From assembly GCA_963821875.1 (NCBI GenBank), contig CAWGFE010000004.1, forward strand, positions 52,692 through 116,691: DNA of 64,000 nucleotides. Reading direction: 5' to 3'. This DNA is from an uncultured Alphaproteobacteria bacterium. Lineage in GTDB: Bacteria; Pseudomonadota; Alphaproteobacteria; CAVTAV01. The notes under the pieces were generated by a model that did not search any database, was not told where the DNA came from, and saw only the letters and a list, made by a program, of their open reading frames with translations. The position numbers were made by a program, and so were the translations under genes. Below, piece after piece: positions 52,626 to 62,901 of the stretch (its first letter is position 1; the number at the start of each line of letters is the position of its first letter).

Positions 52626-54694
52626 TGGCCGAGCTTCTTCTCGAACTGTTCTCCGAGGAAATTCCCGCCCGCATGCAGCCGCAGGCGATGGCCGATCTCG
52701 ATCGCCTGATGACGGCCAAGCTCAAGGACGCCGGGCTCGACTTCACCAGCATGAAGGGCTTCGCGACGCCGCGCCGGCTGACTTTCGTCGTGGACGGACT
52801 TCCCGACTCCCAGCCGGATGTGACGGAGGAACGCAAGGGCCCGCGCGCCGATGCGCCGGAAAAGGCCATCGAAGGTTTCCTTAAATCGGCCGGCCTGAAG
52901 CGCAAGGATGTCGAGATCCGCGAAACCGACAAGGGCGCGGTGCTGTTCGCCGTCATAGAACGCAAGGGCCGCCCGACGCCCGATGTCATCGCGGAAGCCG
53001 TGCCGGAGATCATCCGCAGCTTCCCGTGGCCGAAATCGATGCGGTTCGGCCGTGGCTCGCTGCGCTGGGTGAGGCCGCTGCATTCGATCCTGTGCCTGTT
53101 CGGCGGCAAGGTCGTTCCCTTCGAGATCGAGGGCATAAAGTCGGGCGATACGACGCGCGGCCACCGCTTCATGAGCGCAGGCGAGATCAAGATCAAATCC
53201 TTCGCCGATTACCGGGCGAAGCTTTCCGAAGCGCATGTCATTCTCGATACCGAGGAACGCAAGGAGATCATCCTCAGCGGCGCGGAGCGTCACGCCACGA
53301 AGGCGAAGCTGGACGTGATCCCCGACGATGCGCTGGCGCTGGAGAATGCCGGGCTGACCGAATGGCCGATCGTGCTGGCCGGGGCGTTCGAGGACGATTT
53401 CCTCGAAGTGCCGCAGGAAGTGCTGACGGCCACCATGCGGGCCAACCAGAAATACTTCTCGCTGCGCAACGCGAAGACCGGCAAGCTCGCGCCGAAATTC
53501 ATCATCGTCGCCAACTGCGAGATGAAGGATGGCGGCAAGGCGGTCATCCACGGCAACGAACGGGTGCTGCGCGCCCGGCTGTCCGACGCCAAATTCTTCT
53601 GGGACCAGGATCTGAAGGTCCGGTTGGAAGACCGATTGCCGAAGCTCGAGGATATCGTCTTCCACGATAAGCTCGGCACTTTGGCGGCGAAAGTCGACCG
53701 TATCGCGAGACTGGCGGGCTATCTCGCCACGCATGGCCTCGATTGCGATGCGGCGCAGGCCGAGCGCGCGGGCCGTTTGGCGAAATGCGATCTCGTCAGC
53801 GGCATGGTCGGCGAATTTCCCGAGGTGCAGGGCGTGATGGGCGGTTATTATGCCGCACAGCAAGGCGAGCCCGCGGCGATAGCCGATGCGGTCCGCGATC
53901 ATTACAGCCCGAAAGGGCCGGATGACGCCTGTCCGAGCGCGCCGGTCTCGATCGCGGTCGCGCTGGCCGACAAGCTGGACACGCTGGTCGGCTTTTTCGC
54001 GGCGAACGAGCGTCCGACCGGCTCCAAGGATCCCTATGCCCTGCGCCGCGCGGCTTTGGGGGCGATCCGCCTGATCGTCGAGAACGATGTGCGGCTCGAT
54101 CTGCGCCAAGCCATCGACGCCGCCCTGCAGAACTATAAGGACGGCGGACTGGCGCTGACCGATCCGGGCGAGGATCTGCTCGCTTTCTTCGCCGACCGCC
54201 TGAAAGTCCAGCAGCGCGAGAAGGGCGTGCCGCATGATCTGATCGATGCGGTGTTCAGCCTGGGCGGCGAGGACGATCTCGTCCGGCTGCTGGCGCGGGT
54301 TTCCGCGCTTCAGACTTTCGTCAAATCCGACGACGGCGCGAATCTGCTGACCGGCTATCGCCGGGCGGCCAATATCGTGCGGATCGAGGAGAAGAAGGAC
54401 GATCGCGCCTATGACGGGGTCGTCAAGACCGAGGCTTTGAGCCTTGCGGAAGAAAAAACGCTTTACGAAAATTTAGGCGCGGTCCGAGGAGAATTGCAGG
54501 CCGCGATAGCGTTGGAGGACTTTGGGGACGCGATGGCCTCGCTGGCGCGTCTGAGGGGGCCGGTCGACGCGTTTTTCGACAATGTCACTGTCAATGCCGA
54601 AGAACCAGTCGCCCGCGAAAATCGTTTGACTCTGTTGTCGGAAATTCGCCGCGTCATGCACACCGTCGCGGATTTCTCAAAGATCGAAGGATAA
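52625..54694 (+). CDS. glyS: Glycine--tRNA ligase beta subunit
   Basis: MAELLLELFSEEIPARMQ, WPKSMR, GNERVLRARL, GSKDPYALRR. Confidence 0.98.
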
Positions 54695-54702
54695 GCCGGC
54701 CG

Positions 54703-57363
54703 ATGCCCAAATGGGTCTATACGTTTGGAGATGGCGCTGCCGAAGGCAGGGCGGACATGAAAAATCTTCTCGGCGGCAAGGGTGCGAACCTCGCCGAGAT
54801 GAGCAGTCTCGGGCTCCCCGTTCCGCCCGGTTTTACGATCACCACGGAGGTTTGCACCGAATTCTACGCCAATGACCGGAACTATCCGGAGGGATTGCGC
54901 GAAGAGGTGAGCAAGGCCTTGCACGTCGTCGAGCGTCAGGTCGGCCGTAAATTCGGCGATCCGGACGATCCGCTCCTCGTGTCGGTCCGCTCCGGCGCTC
55001 GGGCTTCCATGCCCGGTATGATGGATACGGTGCTCAATCTCGGCTTGACCGAGGCCACGGTAGAGGGGCTGGCCGAGAAGAGCGGCGATCCGCGCTTCGC
55101 TTATGACAGCTACCGCCGCTTCATCCAGATGTATTCCGATGTCGTGCTCGGCGTCGATCACTATCACTTCGAGGAAATCCTCGACGTCTACAAAGAAGAG
55201 CACGGCTACACGCTCGATCCCGAACTGACGGCCGACGACTGGCGGACGCTGATCGTCTCCTACAAGGAGAAGGTGCAAGAGCAGCTCGACCAGCCGTTCC
55301 CGGACGATGTCGACGAGCAGCTGTGGGGCGCGATCGCGGCGGTGTTCAATTCCTGGCATAACGACCGCGCCAAGACCTATCGCCGGCTTCACGGCATTCC
55401 CGAATCCTGGGGTACGGCTGTGAACGTCCAATCGATGGTGTTCGGCAATATGGGCGACACCAGCGCCACCGGCGTGGCTTTCACCCGCAATCCCTCGACC
55501 GGCGAAAAGGCGATCTACGGCGAGTTCCTGATCAACGCCCAGGGCGAGGACGTGGTTGCGGGCATCCGGACGCCGCAAAGCCTGACGGAAGCCGCGCGGA
55601 TGGAGGCGAAATCCGACCTGCCGTCCATGGAAACCGCGCTACCGGATATCTACGCCGAGCTGATCGAGATCTTCGACAAACTCGAGAAGCATTACCGCGA
55701 TATGCAGGACATCGAGTTCACGGTTCAGGAAGGCAAACTGTGGTTGCTGCAGACCAGAAACGGCAAGCGCACAGCGAAGGCCTCGCTCAAGATCGCTACC
55801 GAGATGGCCAAGGACGGGCTGATCACCGAGGAAGAAGCGATCTTGCGGGTCGAGCCGGCGTCGCTGGATCAGCTTCTGCATCCGACGCTTGATCCGAGCG
55901 CCAAGCGCGATGTGGTCGCCAAAGGCCTGCCGGCCTCTCCGGGGGCGGCGAGCGGCGTCGTCGTCTTCGATGCCGACGAGGCCGAACGTCTGGCCCATAC
56001 CGGTGTCGACGTGATCCTGACCCGGGTTGAAACCAGCCCGGAAGATATTCACGGCATGCATGCGGCGCGCGGCATCCTCACGACGCGCGGCGGCATGACC
56101 AGCCACGCGGCCGTCGTCGCGCGCGGCATGGGCCGGCCCTGCGTGTCGGGCGCCGGTGCGATTCATATCGACATGGCGGCGGGCACGCTGGCCGTCGGCA
56201 AGCGTGTTCTAAAGGCCGGCGACCGGATTACGCTGGACGGCTCGACCGGCGAAGTGATCGCGGGGGCTGTGCCGACGGTTCAGCCGGAGCTTTCCGGCGA
56301 TTTCGGCACGTTGATGGAATGGGCGGACAAGATCCGCCGGATGAAAGTGCGCACCAATGCGGAAACGCCGCTCGATGCGCGCACGGCGCGCCGGTTCGGC
56401 GCCGAGGGCATCGGGCTGTGCCGCACCGAGCATATGTTCTTCGATGCGGATCGCATCCTCGCGGTGCGCGAGATGATCCTGTCCGAGACGGTCGAGCAGA
56501 GACGCGCTGCGCTCGCCAAGATCCTGCCGATGCAGCGCAAGGATTTCATCGAATTGTTCGAGATCATGGCCGGACTGCCGCTCACCATACGGCTGCTGGA
56601 TCCGCCGCTTCATGAATTCCTGCCCCACTCCGAGGACGATCTGAAGGAGGTCGCTTCGGCGGCGGGCGTCGGCATGGCGACGATCCGCAAGCGCGCCGAC
56701 GACTTGAAGGAATTCAACCCGATGCTCGGTCATCGCGGCTGCCGGCTCGGGATCTCCTATCCGGAGATCTATGAGATGCAGGCCCGCGCGATTTTCGAGG
56801 CGGCCCACGAGATCGCGCTCCGCGGCGATCCGGTCGTGCCCGAAATCATGGTGCCGCTGGTGGCGACCGCGCAGGAACTGGCGATCCTCAAAGGCCGTAT
56901 CGACGAGGTCGCGCATCAGGTCGCCGAGGAAAAGAATCGCGAGATCGAGTATCACGTCGGCACGATGATCGAGTTGCCGCGCGCCGCGCTGCGTGCCGGT
57001 GATATCGCCCATGTCGCCGAGTTTTTCAGCTTCGGGACTAACGATCTGACCCAGACCACGTTCGGCATCAGCCGTGACGATGCGGCGCGTTTCCTCGACG
57101 ATTATCTCCGCGCCGGGATCTTCGAGAAGGATCCGTTCGTCTCGCTCGATATCGAGGGCGTTGGCGAACTGGTGGCGATCGCCGCCGAACGGGGCCGCGA
57201 GACCCGCTCCGACATCAAGCTCGGCATTTGCGGCGAACATGGCGGTGATCCGGCGTCGATCGCGTTCTGCGAGAAGGTCGGACTGGACTATGTCTCGTGC
57301 TCGCCCTATCGCGTGCCCATCGCCCGGCTGGCGGCGGCGCAAGCGGCTCTCGACAAGGATTAG
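54703..57363 (+). CDS. ppdK: Pyruvate, phosphate dikinase
   Basis: LGGKGANLAEM, RGGMTSHAAVVARG, GLCRTEHMFF, FGTNDLTQ. Confidence 0.99.
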   Translation: MPKWVYTFGDGAAEGRADMKNLLGGKGANLAEMSSLGLPVPPGFTITTEVCTEFYANDRNYPEGLREEVSKALHVVERQVGRKFGDPDDPLLVSVRSGARASMPGMMDTVLNLGLTEATVEGLAEKSGDPRFAYDSYRRFIQMYSDVVLGVDHYHFEEILDVYKEEHGYTLDPELTADDWRTLIVSYKEKVQEQLDQPFPDDVDEQLWGAIAAVFNSWHNDRAKTYRRLHGIPESWGTAVNVQSMVFGNMGDTSATGVAFTRNPSTGEKAIYGEFLINAQGEDVVAGIRTPQSLTEAARMEAKSDLPSMETALPDIYAELIEIFDKLEKHYRDMQDIEFTVQEGKLWLLQTRNGKRTAKASLKIATEMAKDGLITEEEAILRVEPASLDQLLHPTLDPSAKRDVVAKGLPASPGAASGVVVFDADEAERLAHTGVDVILTRVETSPEDIHGMHAARGILTTRGGMTSHAAVVARGMGRPCVSGAGAIHIDMAAGTLAVGKRVLKAGDRITLDGSTGEVIAGAVPTVQPELSGDFGTLMEWADKIRRMKVRTNAETPLDARTARRFGAEGIGLCRTEHMFFDADRILAVREMILSETVEQRRAALAKILPMQRKDFIELFEIMAGLPLTIRLLDPPLHEFLPHSEDDLKEVASAAGVGMATIRKRADDLKEFNPMLGHRGCRLGISYPEIYEMQARAIFEAAHEIALRGDPVVPEIMVPLVATAQELAILKGRIDEVAHQVAEEKNREIEYHVGTMIELPRAALRAGDIAHVAEFFSFGTNDLTQTTFGISRDDAARFLDDYLRAGIFEKDPFVSLDIEGVGELVAIAAERGRETRSDIKLGICGEHGGDPASIAFCEKVGLDYVSCSPYRVPIARLAAAQAALDKD

Positions 57364-57522
57364 CGCGGGCGGGACCGCGGCATGGCAGGCACTCTGGACC
57401 CTCGCTGCCTTTCCGACATCAGCGCCGAACAGGCCACGCACTGGCTTCGGGATCCGATTCGCCGGCGCCTCGGATCGGAGGACGGGATCCGTCGCGCCGG
57501 AGACGGGCTGAGTCTAAATCCC

Positions 57523-57562
57523 GGTGAGTCGGCGTTTTGGAAGGTGAGTCGGCGCTTCGGAG
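57523..57562. repeat. Two-copy 20-bp tandem repeat
   Basis: GGTGAGTCGGCGTTTTGGAA / GGTGAGTCGGCGCTTCGGAG (17/20 identical). Confidence 0.6.
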
Positions 57563-57580
57563 GGAGGCCGATCTCGTCGA

Positions 57581-57922
57581 TTATCTGGGCTTGAGGCCGA
57601 AGGGATCGGCCGTCGCCGGAGAATTCGGGTCGATCTCGTAATTCCGCTTGCCGCAGTTCGCCATGGCGCCCGGCTTGGACGATTCCCGGCACTTCTCCAT
57701 CTTGTCTTCCTGTTCCATACGCGACATTGCGGCGTGGACGCGGCGATATTCCGCGACATCCGCATCGGTGTGTTTGGCGCAGGTCGCGGCGTCTTTCTGC
57801 GCGATTTCCGTGCACCATCTCTCGAAGGTAAAGTCGCTCAGGGCATCGGCATAACTCGGGATCGCGGTCAGACTGATAGACATCAGGATGCCGGCGAAGC
57901 TGAACAGGAGGAGTTTTGTCAT
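57581..57922 (-). CDS. Hypothetical secreted four-Cys protein
   Basis: Signal peptide ending SYA; four Cys; GC-rich third positions. Confidence 0.6.
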   Translation of the reverse strand: MTKLLLFSFAGILMSISLTAIPSYADALSDFTFERWCTEIAQKDAATCAKHTDADVAEYRRVHAAMSRMEQEDKMEKCRESSKPGAMANCGKRNYEIDPNSPATADPFGLKPR

Positions 57923-58206
57923 TGACTGAAACTGATCACCAAAATGACCGCCACAATGACGGCCGCTAACAATATATATGTGGTGGCCGCGCTTTTTTTC
58001 AGCTTCTTACGCTTCAAAACCCGCCTCCCCGCGAATCTTCAGAAGCCGATTGTCTCCAAGCGGGTAAATCCGCTCGGCGTTTACAGCCCGTGAACCCAAG
58101 AATACTATGCTTCGCCCGGGCCCGATGGCAACCATTGCCAATCATTGTGGCTCCCCCCGATCCCCTCGGGAACTGAATCCGGCCACCGACCGTTTGTGAG
58201 TACGAT

Positions 58207-60867
58207 ATGCTAAAGGACAAACCCGCTGCGATCCTCCGCACGGATTATCGACCGCCGCCCTTTTCCATCGAGCAGGCCGAGCTCGATTTTGAGCTGGAGA
58301 AAGCTGCAACGAGGGTCAAGGCCCGGCTGGACGTCGCGCGCGCGGCCGATCCGTCGGCTGTCGGAAAGCCGTTGCGGCTCGATGGCGAGGGACTGGACCT
58401 GCAGCGCGTCCGTATCGACGGTCGTCTGCTCAACCCCAACGAATTCCAGGTCGATGCCGAAAGCCTGACGATCGCGAGCGTGCCCGACAAGTTCGTGCTC
58501 GAAACGGACGTGATCATCAAACCGCAGGATAATACCGAGCTTTCGGGCCTGTATGTCTCGAACGACGTGTTCTGCACCCAATGCGAGGCCGAAGGCTTCC
58601 GCCGCATTACCTATTTTCTGGACCGGCCCGATGTGATGTCGCGCTACCGGGTCCGCATCACGGCGGATGCCGCGAAATTCCCGGTGCTGCTGTCGAACGG
58701 CAATAATGTCGATAACGGGACGTTGGCGGATGGCCGGCACTGGGCCGAGTGGGAGGATCCGTTCCCCAAGCCCTGCTATCTGTTTGCGCTCGTCGCCGGC
58801 CGGCTGGAGCATCTCGAAGACCGCTTCACGACCAGGTCGGGCCGGAACGTCACGCTCCGGATCTATACGCGCGAGGCCGATGTCGATAAATGCGGCCACG
58901 CCATGGAATCGCTGAAAAAGGCGATGACATGGGACGAGCAGGTTTTCGGGCTCGAATACGATCTCGACGTGTTCAACATCGTCGCCGTCGGCGACTTCAA
59001 CATGGGCGCGATGGAGAACAAGAGCCTCAACATCTTCAACACCAGCTATATTCTCGCCCGGCCGGAAACCGCGACCGACGGCAATTTCGCCAATGTCGAG
59101 AGCGTCGTGGCGCACGAATATTTCCATAACTGGACCGGCAACAGGGTGACCTGTCGCGACTGGTTCCAGCTCAGCCTGAAGGAAGGGCTGACGGTGTTCC
59201 GCGACCAGCAGTTCTCGGCGGACATGGGCTCGCGCGCGGTGACCCGGATTGCCGACGTCCGTGGCCTGCGCTCATCGCAGTTCGCCGAGGATTCGAGCCC
59301 TATGGCGCATCCCGTCCGGCCGGAATCCTATATAGAGATCAATAACTTCTATACGGCGACCGTCTATAACAAGGGCGCCGAGGTCATCCGCATGATGCAC
59401 CGGCTGCTCGGTGCGGACGGATTCCGCCAGGGCATGGATCTCTATTTCGAGCGGCACGACGGCCAGGCCGTCACCTGCGACGATTTCGCCTCCGCAATGG
59501 AGGACGCGAGCGGTGTGGATCTTGGCCAGTTCCGCCTCTGGTACTCCCAGGCCGGGACGCCCCAGCTGAAAGTCTCCGGCCATTATGACGAGACGGCGAA
59601 GAGTTTCGAGCTGTCGGTGGAACAGACCGTGCCGGATACGCCGGGCCAGACGAACAAGAAGCCGATGCATATTCCGTTCGCGGTCGGCCTGCTGGACGAG
59701 TCCGGCGAGGATATTCCGCTCAAACTCGAAGGCGAGAACAGCGCCGGGGATACGACGCGCGTGCTCGATGTGACCAAGGAGAAACAGACTTTCCGCTTCG
59801 TCGACGTGCCCGGGAAGCCGGTTCCCTCGCTGCTTCGCGACTTCTCGGCGCCGGTGCGGCTCAAGGCCGATCTCGACGACGATGCCCTGATCTTCCTGAT
59901 GGGACATGACAGCGATCCCTTCAATCGCTGGGAGGCCGGACAGCAACTTGGCGTCCGCCTGATGCTCGGGCTCGTGGAGCGCTATCGCCGCCAGGAAAAA
60001 CTCTCGCTCGAGCCGGGCTATGTCGAGGCTCTGCGCAAGACGCTCACCGATCCGTCGCTCGACAAGGCCTTCATCGCCAATGTGCTGTCGCTTCCCTCCG
60101 AGATGTATCTCGGACAGAACATGGAGCAGATCGACGTCGACGCGATCCACGCGGTTCGGACTTTCGTCCGTGCCGAGATCGCGCACGCGTTGAAATCCGA
60201 ATTCGAGGCGGCCTATCGCGACAATGCGGTGGATGAGCCCTATGCGTTCGAGCCGAAAGCGGTTGGCCGGCGCAGCCTCAAGAACAGCGCGCTTTCCTAT
60301 CTTGTCGCCGGCGATCCGGACGGGGCGGGCGAGGGGAGCCCGGTGGCGCAATGCCTCGCGCAGTTCCGCGCCGCCGACAATATGACCGATGAGATCGGGG
60401 CGCTGGGCGTGCTGTCTCACGTCGACCGGCCCGAGCGGGTGACGGCCATGGAGGAATTCTACGACAAGTGGCGCAACGACGCGCTGGCGGTCGACAAATG
60501 GTTCGCGCTCCAGGCCATGTCGGAGCGTTCCGGCATCATCCAGGACGTGAAGAAACTGCTGGATCATCCGGCCTATGACGGGCGCAATCCGAACAAGGTG
60601 CGTGCGCTGGTCGGCGCCTTCTGCTTCAACAATCCGGCCGGATTCCATGATGTCAGCGGGGAGGGGTATGAGTTCCTCGCCTCCCGCGTCCTGGCGCTCG
60701 ATCCGGTCAATCCGCAGGTCGCGGCCCGGCTGGCCGGCGCGCTCGGGCGCTGGCGCAAATACGATCCGGCGCGGCAGGATCTCATGAAAGCGGCACTGGA
60801 GCGGATCGTGGCCAACCCCAATCTTTCCAAGGACGTTTACGAAATCGTCTCGAAAAGCCTCGCGTAA
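58207..60867 (+). CDS. pepN: Aminopeptidase N
   Basis: TQCEAEGFRRIT, GAMENK, HEYFHNW...KEG, NPNKVR. Confidence 0.98.
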   Translation: MLKDKPAAILRTDYRPPPFSIEQAELDFELEKAATRVKARLDVARAADPSAVGKPLRLDGEGLDLQRVRIDGRLLNPNEFQVDAESLTIASVPDKFVLETDVIIKPQDNTELSGLYVSNDVFCTQCEAEGFRRITYFLDRPDVMSRYRVRITADAAKFPVLLSNGNNVDNGTLADGRHWAEWEDPFPKPCYLFALVAGRLEHLEDRFTTRSGRNVTLRIYTREADVDKCGHAMESLKKAMTWDEQVFGLEYDLDVFNIVAVGDFNMGAMENKSLNIFNTSYILARPETATDGNFANVESVVAHEYFHNWTGNRVTCRDWFQLSLKEGLTVFRDQQFSADMGSRAVTRIADVRGLRSSQFAEDSSPMAHPVRPESYIEINNFYTATVYNKGAEVIRMMHRLLGADGFRQGMDLYFERHDGQAVTCDDFASAMEDASGVDLGQFRLWYSQAGTPQLKVSGHYDETAKSFELSVEQTVPDTPGQTNKKPMHIPFAVGLLDESGEDIPLKLEGENSAGDTTRVLDVTKEKQTFRFVDVPGKPVPSLLRDFSAPVRLKADLDDDALIFLMGHDSDPFNRWEAGQQLGVRLMLGLVERYRRQEKLSLEPGYVEALRKTLTDPSLDKAFIANVLSLPSEMYLGQNMEQIDVDAIHAVRTFVRAEIAHALKSEFEAAYRDNAVDEPYAFEPKAVGRRSLKNSALSYLVAGDPDGAGEGSPVAQCLAQFRAADNMTDEIGALGVLSHVDRPERVTAMEEFYDKWRNDALAVDKWFALQAMSERSGIIQDVKKLLDHPAYDGRNPNKVRALVGAFCFNNPAGFHDVSGEGYEFLASRVLALDPVNPQVAARLAGALGRWRKYDPARQDLMKAALERIVANPNLSKDVYEIVSKSLA

Positions 60868-61085
60868 GGCTTCTTTTCGGCCTATATGGACCGGCGCGAT
60901 TTTATGTTGACGGGGCAATTCCCTTCGGGGCGCCCTGAGCATAGGATGCGCGGCGGCCGGCGATGGCCGCATCATTTTACAAGTTGGCTGGTAACTAATT
61001 CCGTTTGGGGCTTTCCCCTGGCTCTCGGCGCCCGAATGGGCGTGCGGCGTCCGACGCCTGAGAGTGCGACGGTGAAGGACAGGGG

Positions 61086-62516
61086 ATGAACGACCTACTC
61101 GAACAGAAGACCAGGCAGATCACCGAAGGATCGCTGCTCAAGGCGCTGCTTCGCCTGGCTCTGCCGATCATCATCGCCCAGTCGCTCTCGACCTCCTACC
61201 AGCTCGTCAACACGTTCTGGGTCGGCCGGCTCGGGGCCGCCGCCGTCGCGGCCGTCTCTCTGAGTGGCCCGCTGGTCTTCGTCCTGATTTCCCTCGGCGG
61301 CGGGTTGTCCATCGCCGGCGCGGTGTTCGTCGCGCAATATTCGGGCGCGCGGCAGACCGAAAAGGTCAATCATGTCGCGGCGCAGACGATCCTGATGGTG
61401 GCTGGCGTCGGCCTCTCCTTCACCCTTATCGGCCTGTTGTCGGCTCATGCCGTGCTCACCTTCATGGGAGTCGGCCCGGATCTGATGCCCAAGGCCTTGG
61501 CCTATCTCCATATTTCCTATCTGGGGGTGCCGCTGTTTTTCGGCTTCATGATCTTTCAGTCGGTGTTGCAGGGCGTCGGCGAGGTGCGCTATCCGCTCTA
61601 TGTCATCGCCGGGAGCGTGGCGCTCAACGCCGTGCTCGACCCGCTCCTGATCTTCGGATGGGGCCCGGTCGACGGACGCGGCGTGGTCGGCGCGGCGCTC
61701 GCCACCCTTTGCTCGCAGGCCTTTACCGCGATCGTCGGCATGAGCGTGCTCTTTACCGGCCGGTACGGCGTGCATCTGAAGATGACCCACTTCACGCCCG
61801 ATTTCCCGTTCATGAAACGGGCTTTCATGCTGGGCGTGCCCGCGTCGGTCGAACAATCGGCGCGGTCCCTGGGAGCGCTCTTCCTGACCAGCCTGGCGAC
61901 CGGCTTCGGCACTGTGCCTCTCGCGGCTTACGGTCTCGGCACGCGGATCCTGATGTTCTTCTTCCTGCCGATGATGGGTCTGTCGGCCTCGACCGCGACG
62001 GTCGTCGCGCAGAATATCGGCGCCGGCCGGATGGACCGGGCGGAGCAGACCGCGAAAGTGGCCGGATGGCTCGGCTTTCTGTCGCTCACCGGCCTGGGCC
62101 TGCTGATCTTCCCGGTCGTGGGGCCGTTCAGCCGGTTTCTCGTTCCGGCCGACCTGCATGTCGCCAATCTCGGGGCGCAATTCGTTCATGTCGTCGCGCC
62201 GGCTTTCGGCATCCTGGCGGTGCAGCAGGTCTTTTCCGGCGTGTTCCGGGGCGCCGGGCGCACGATGCAGGCCATGATCCTGTCGATCATGGGCCAGTGG
62301 CTGCTGCAGATCCCGATCTCCTATATGCTGTCCATACACGACAAGATCGGGGTTGCGGGCATCTGGTGGGGCTATCCCGTGGCGGGCGTCATCTCACTGG
62401 TGATCACGATCTGGTGGTTCTCGCGCGGCGCCTGGAAGAACCGGAGCCTGGCGGACGACAAGTCGTTCCCGCCGCATATGCCGGAAAGCGTCCGAATCGA
62501 GGAAGGCGGCTTCTAG
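61086..62516 (+). CDS. MATE family efflux transporter
   Basis: LALPII, NTFWVGRLG..AVAAV, LDPLLIFG, GAALAT, QNIGAG. Confidence 0.92.
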   Translation: MNDLLEQKTRQITEGSLLKALLRLALPIIIAQSLSTSYQLVNTFWVGRLGAAAVAAVSLSGPLVFVLISLGGGLSIAGAVFVAQYSGARQTEKVNHVAAQTILMVAGVGLSFTLIGLLSAHAVLTFMGVGPDLMPKALAYLHISYLGVPLFFGFMIFQSVLQGVGEVRYPLYVIAGSVALNAVLDPLLIFGWGPVDGRGVVGAALATLCSQAFTAIVGMSVLFTGRYGVHLKMTHFTPDFPFMKRAFMLGVPASVEQSARSLGALFLTSLATGFGTVPLAAYGLGTRILMFFFLPMMGLSASTATVVAQNIGAGRMDRAEQTAKVAGWLGFLSLTGLGLLIFPVVGPFSRFLVPADLHVANLGAQFVHVVAPAFGILAVQQVFSGVFRGAGRTMQAMILSIMGQWLLQIPISYMLSIHDKIGVAGIWWGYPVAGVISLVITIWWFSRGAWKNRSLADDKSFPPHMPESVRIEEGGF

Positions 62517-62901
62517 GCCACCCGCCGAGTCTTCGTCGGCCGCTGCATCCTTTTGGTTGCTCTATCAACCGTTCCGCCTGTAAGATTTCCCCGGGGACGC
62601 CGAGTGCTTCTTGTGCCAGCAATAACCCGGTCCACTGGAGGTCGTGTGATCGTCCGGTCACGATATGTTGACTTAACCATCACCGAATCAAGGCGGAATG
62701 CGTGTTAATTCTGTTGGCCGGAATTGTGAATGCGCTATCTTAAAGTTGCAGGGCTCGGCAAAGGATTGTCGCTTTTCGTCCGTGAAACTACAGATGAGAC
62801 TGTAACTGATTTGCGGTACCGGTCGTCTGTGGTACTGGGACGCTCTCAAGGGGCAATCACATTCGCGGCACCCGCAGCTGGTGCAGAGGGTCATCTGTTT
62901 T

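Noticed and set aside
57523-57562. Mini CRISPR array
   Set aside because: Only two abutting copies, no spacer and no cas genes.
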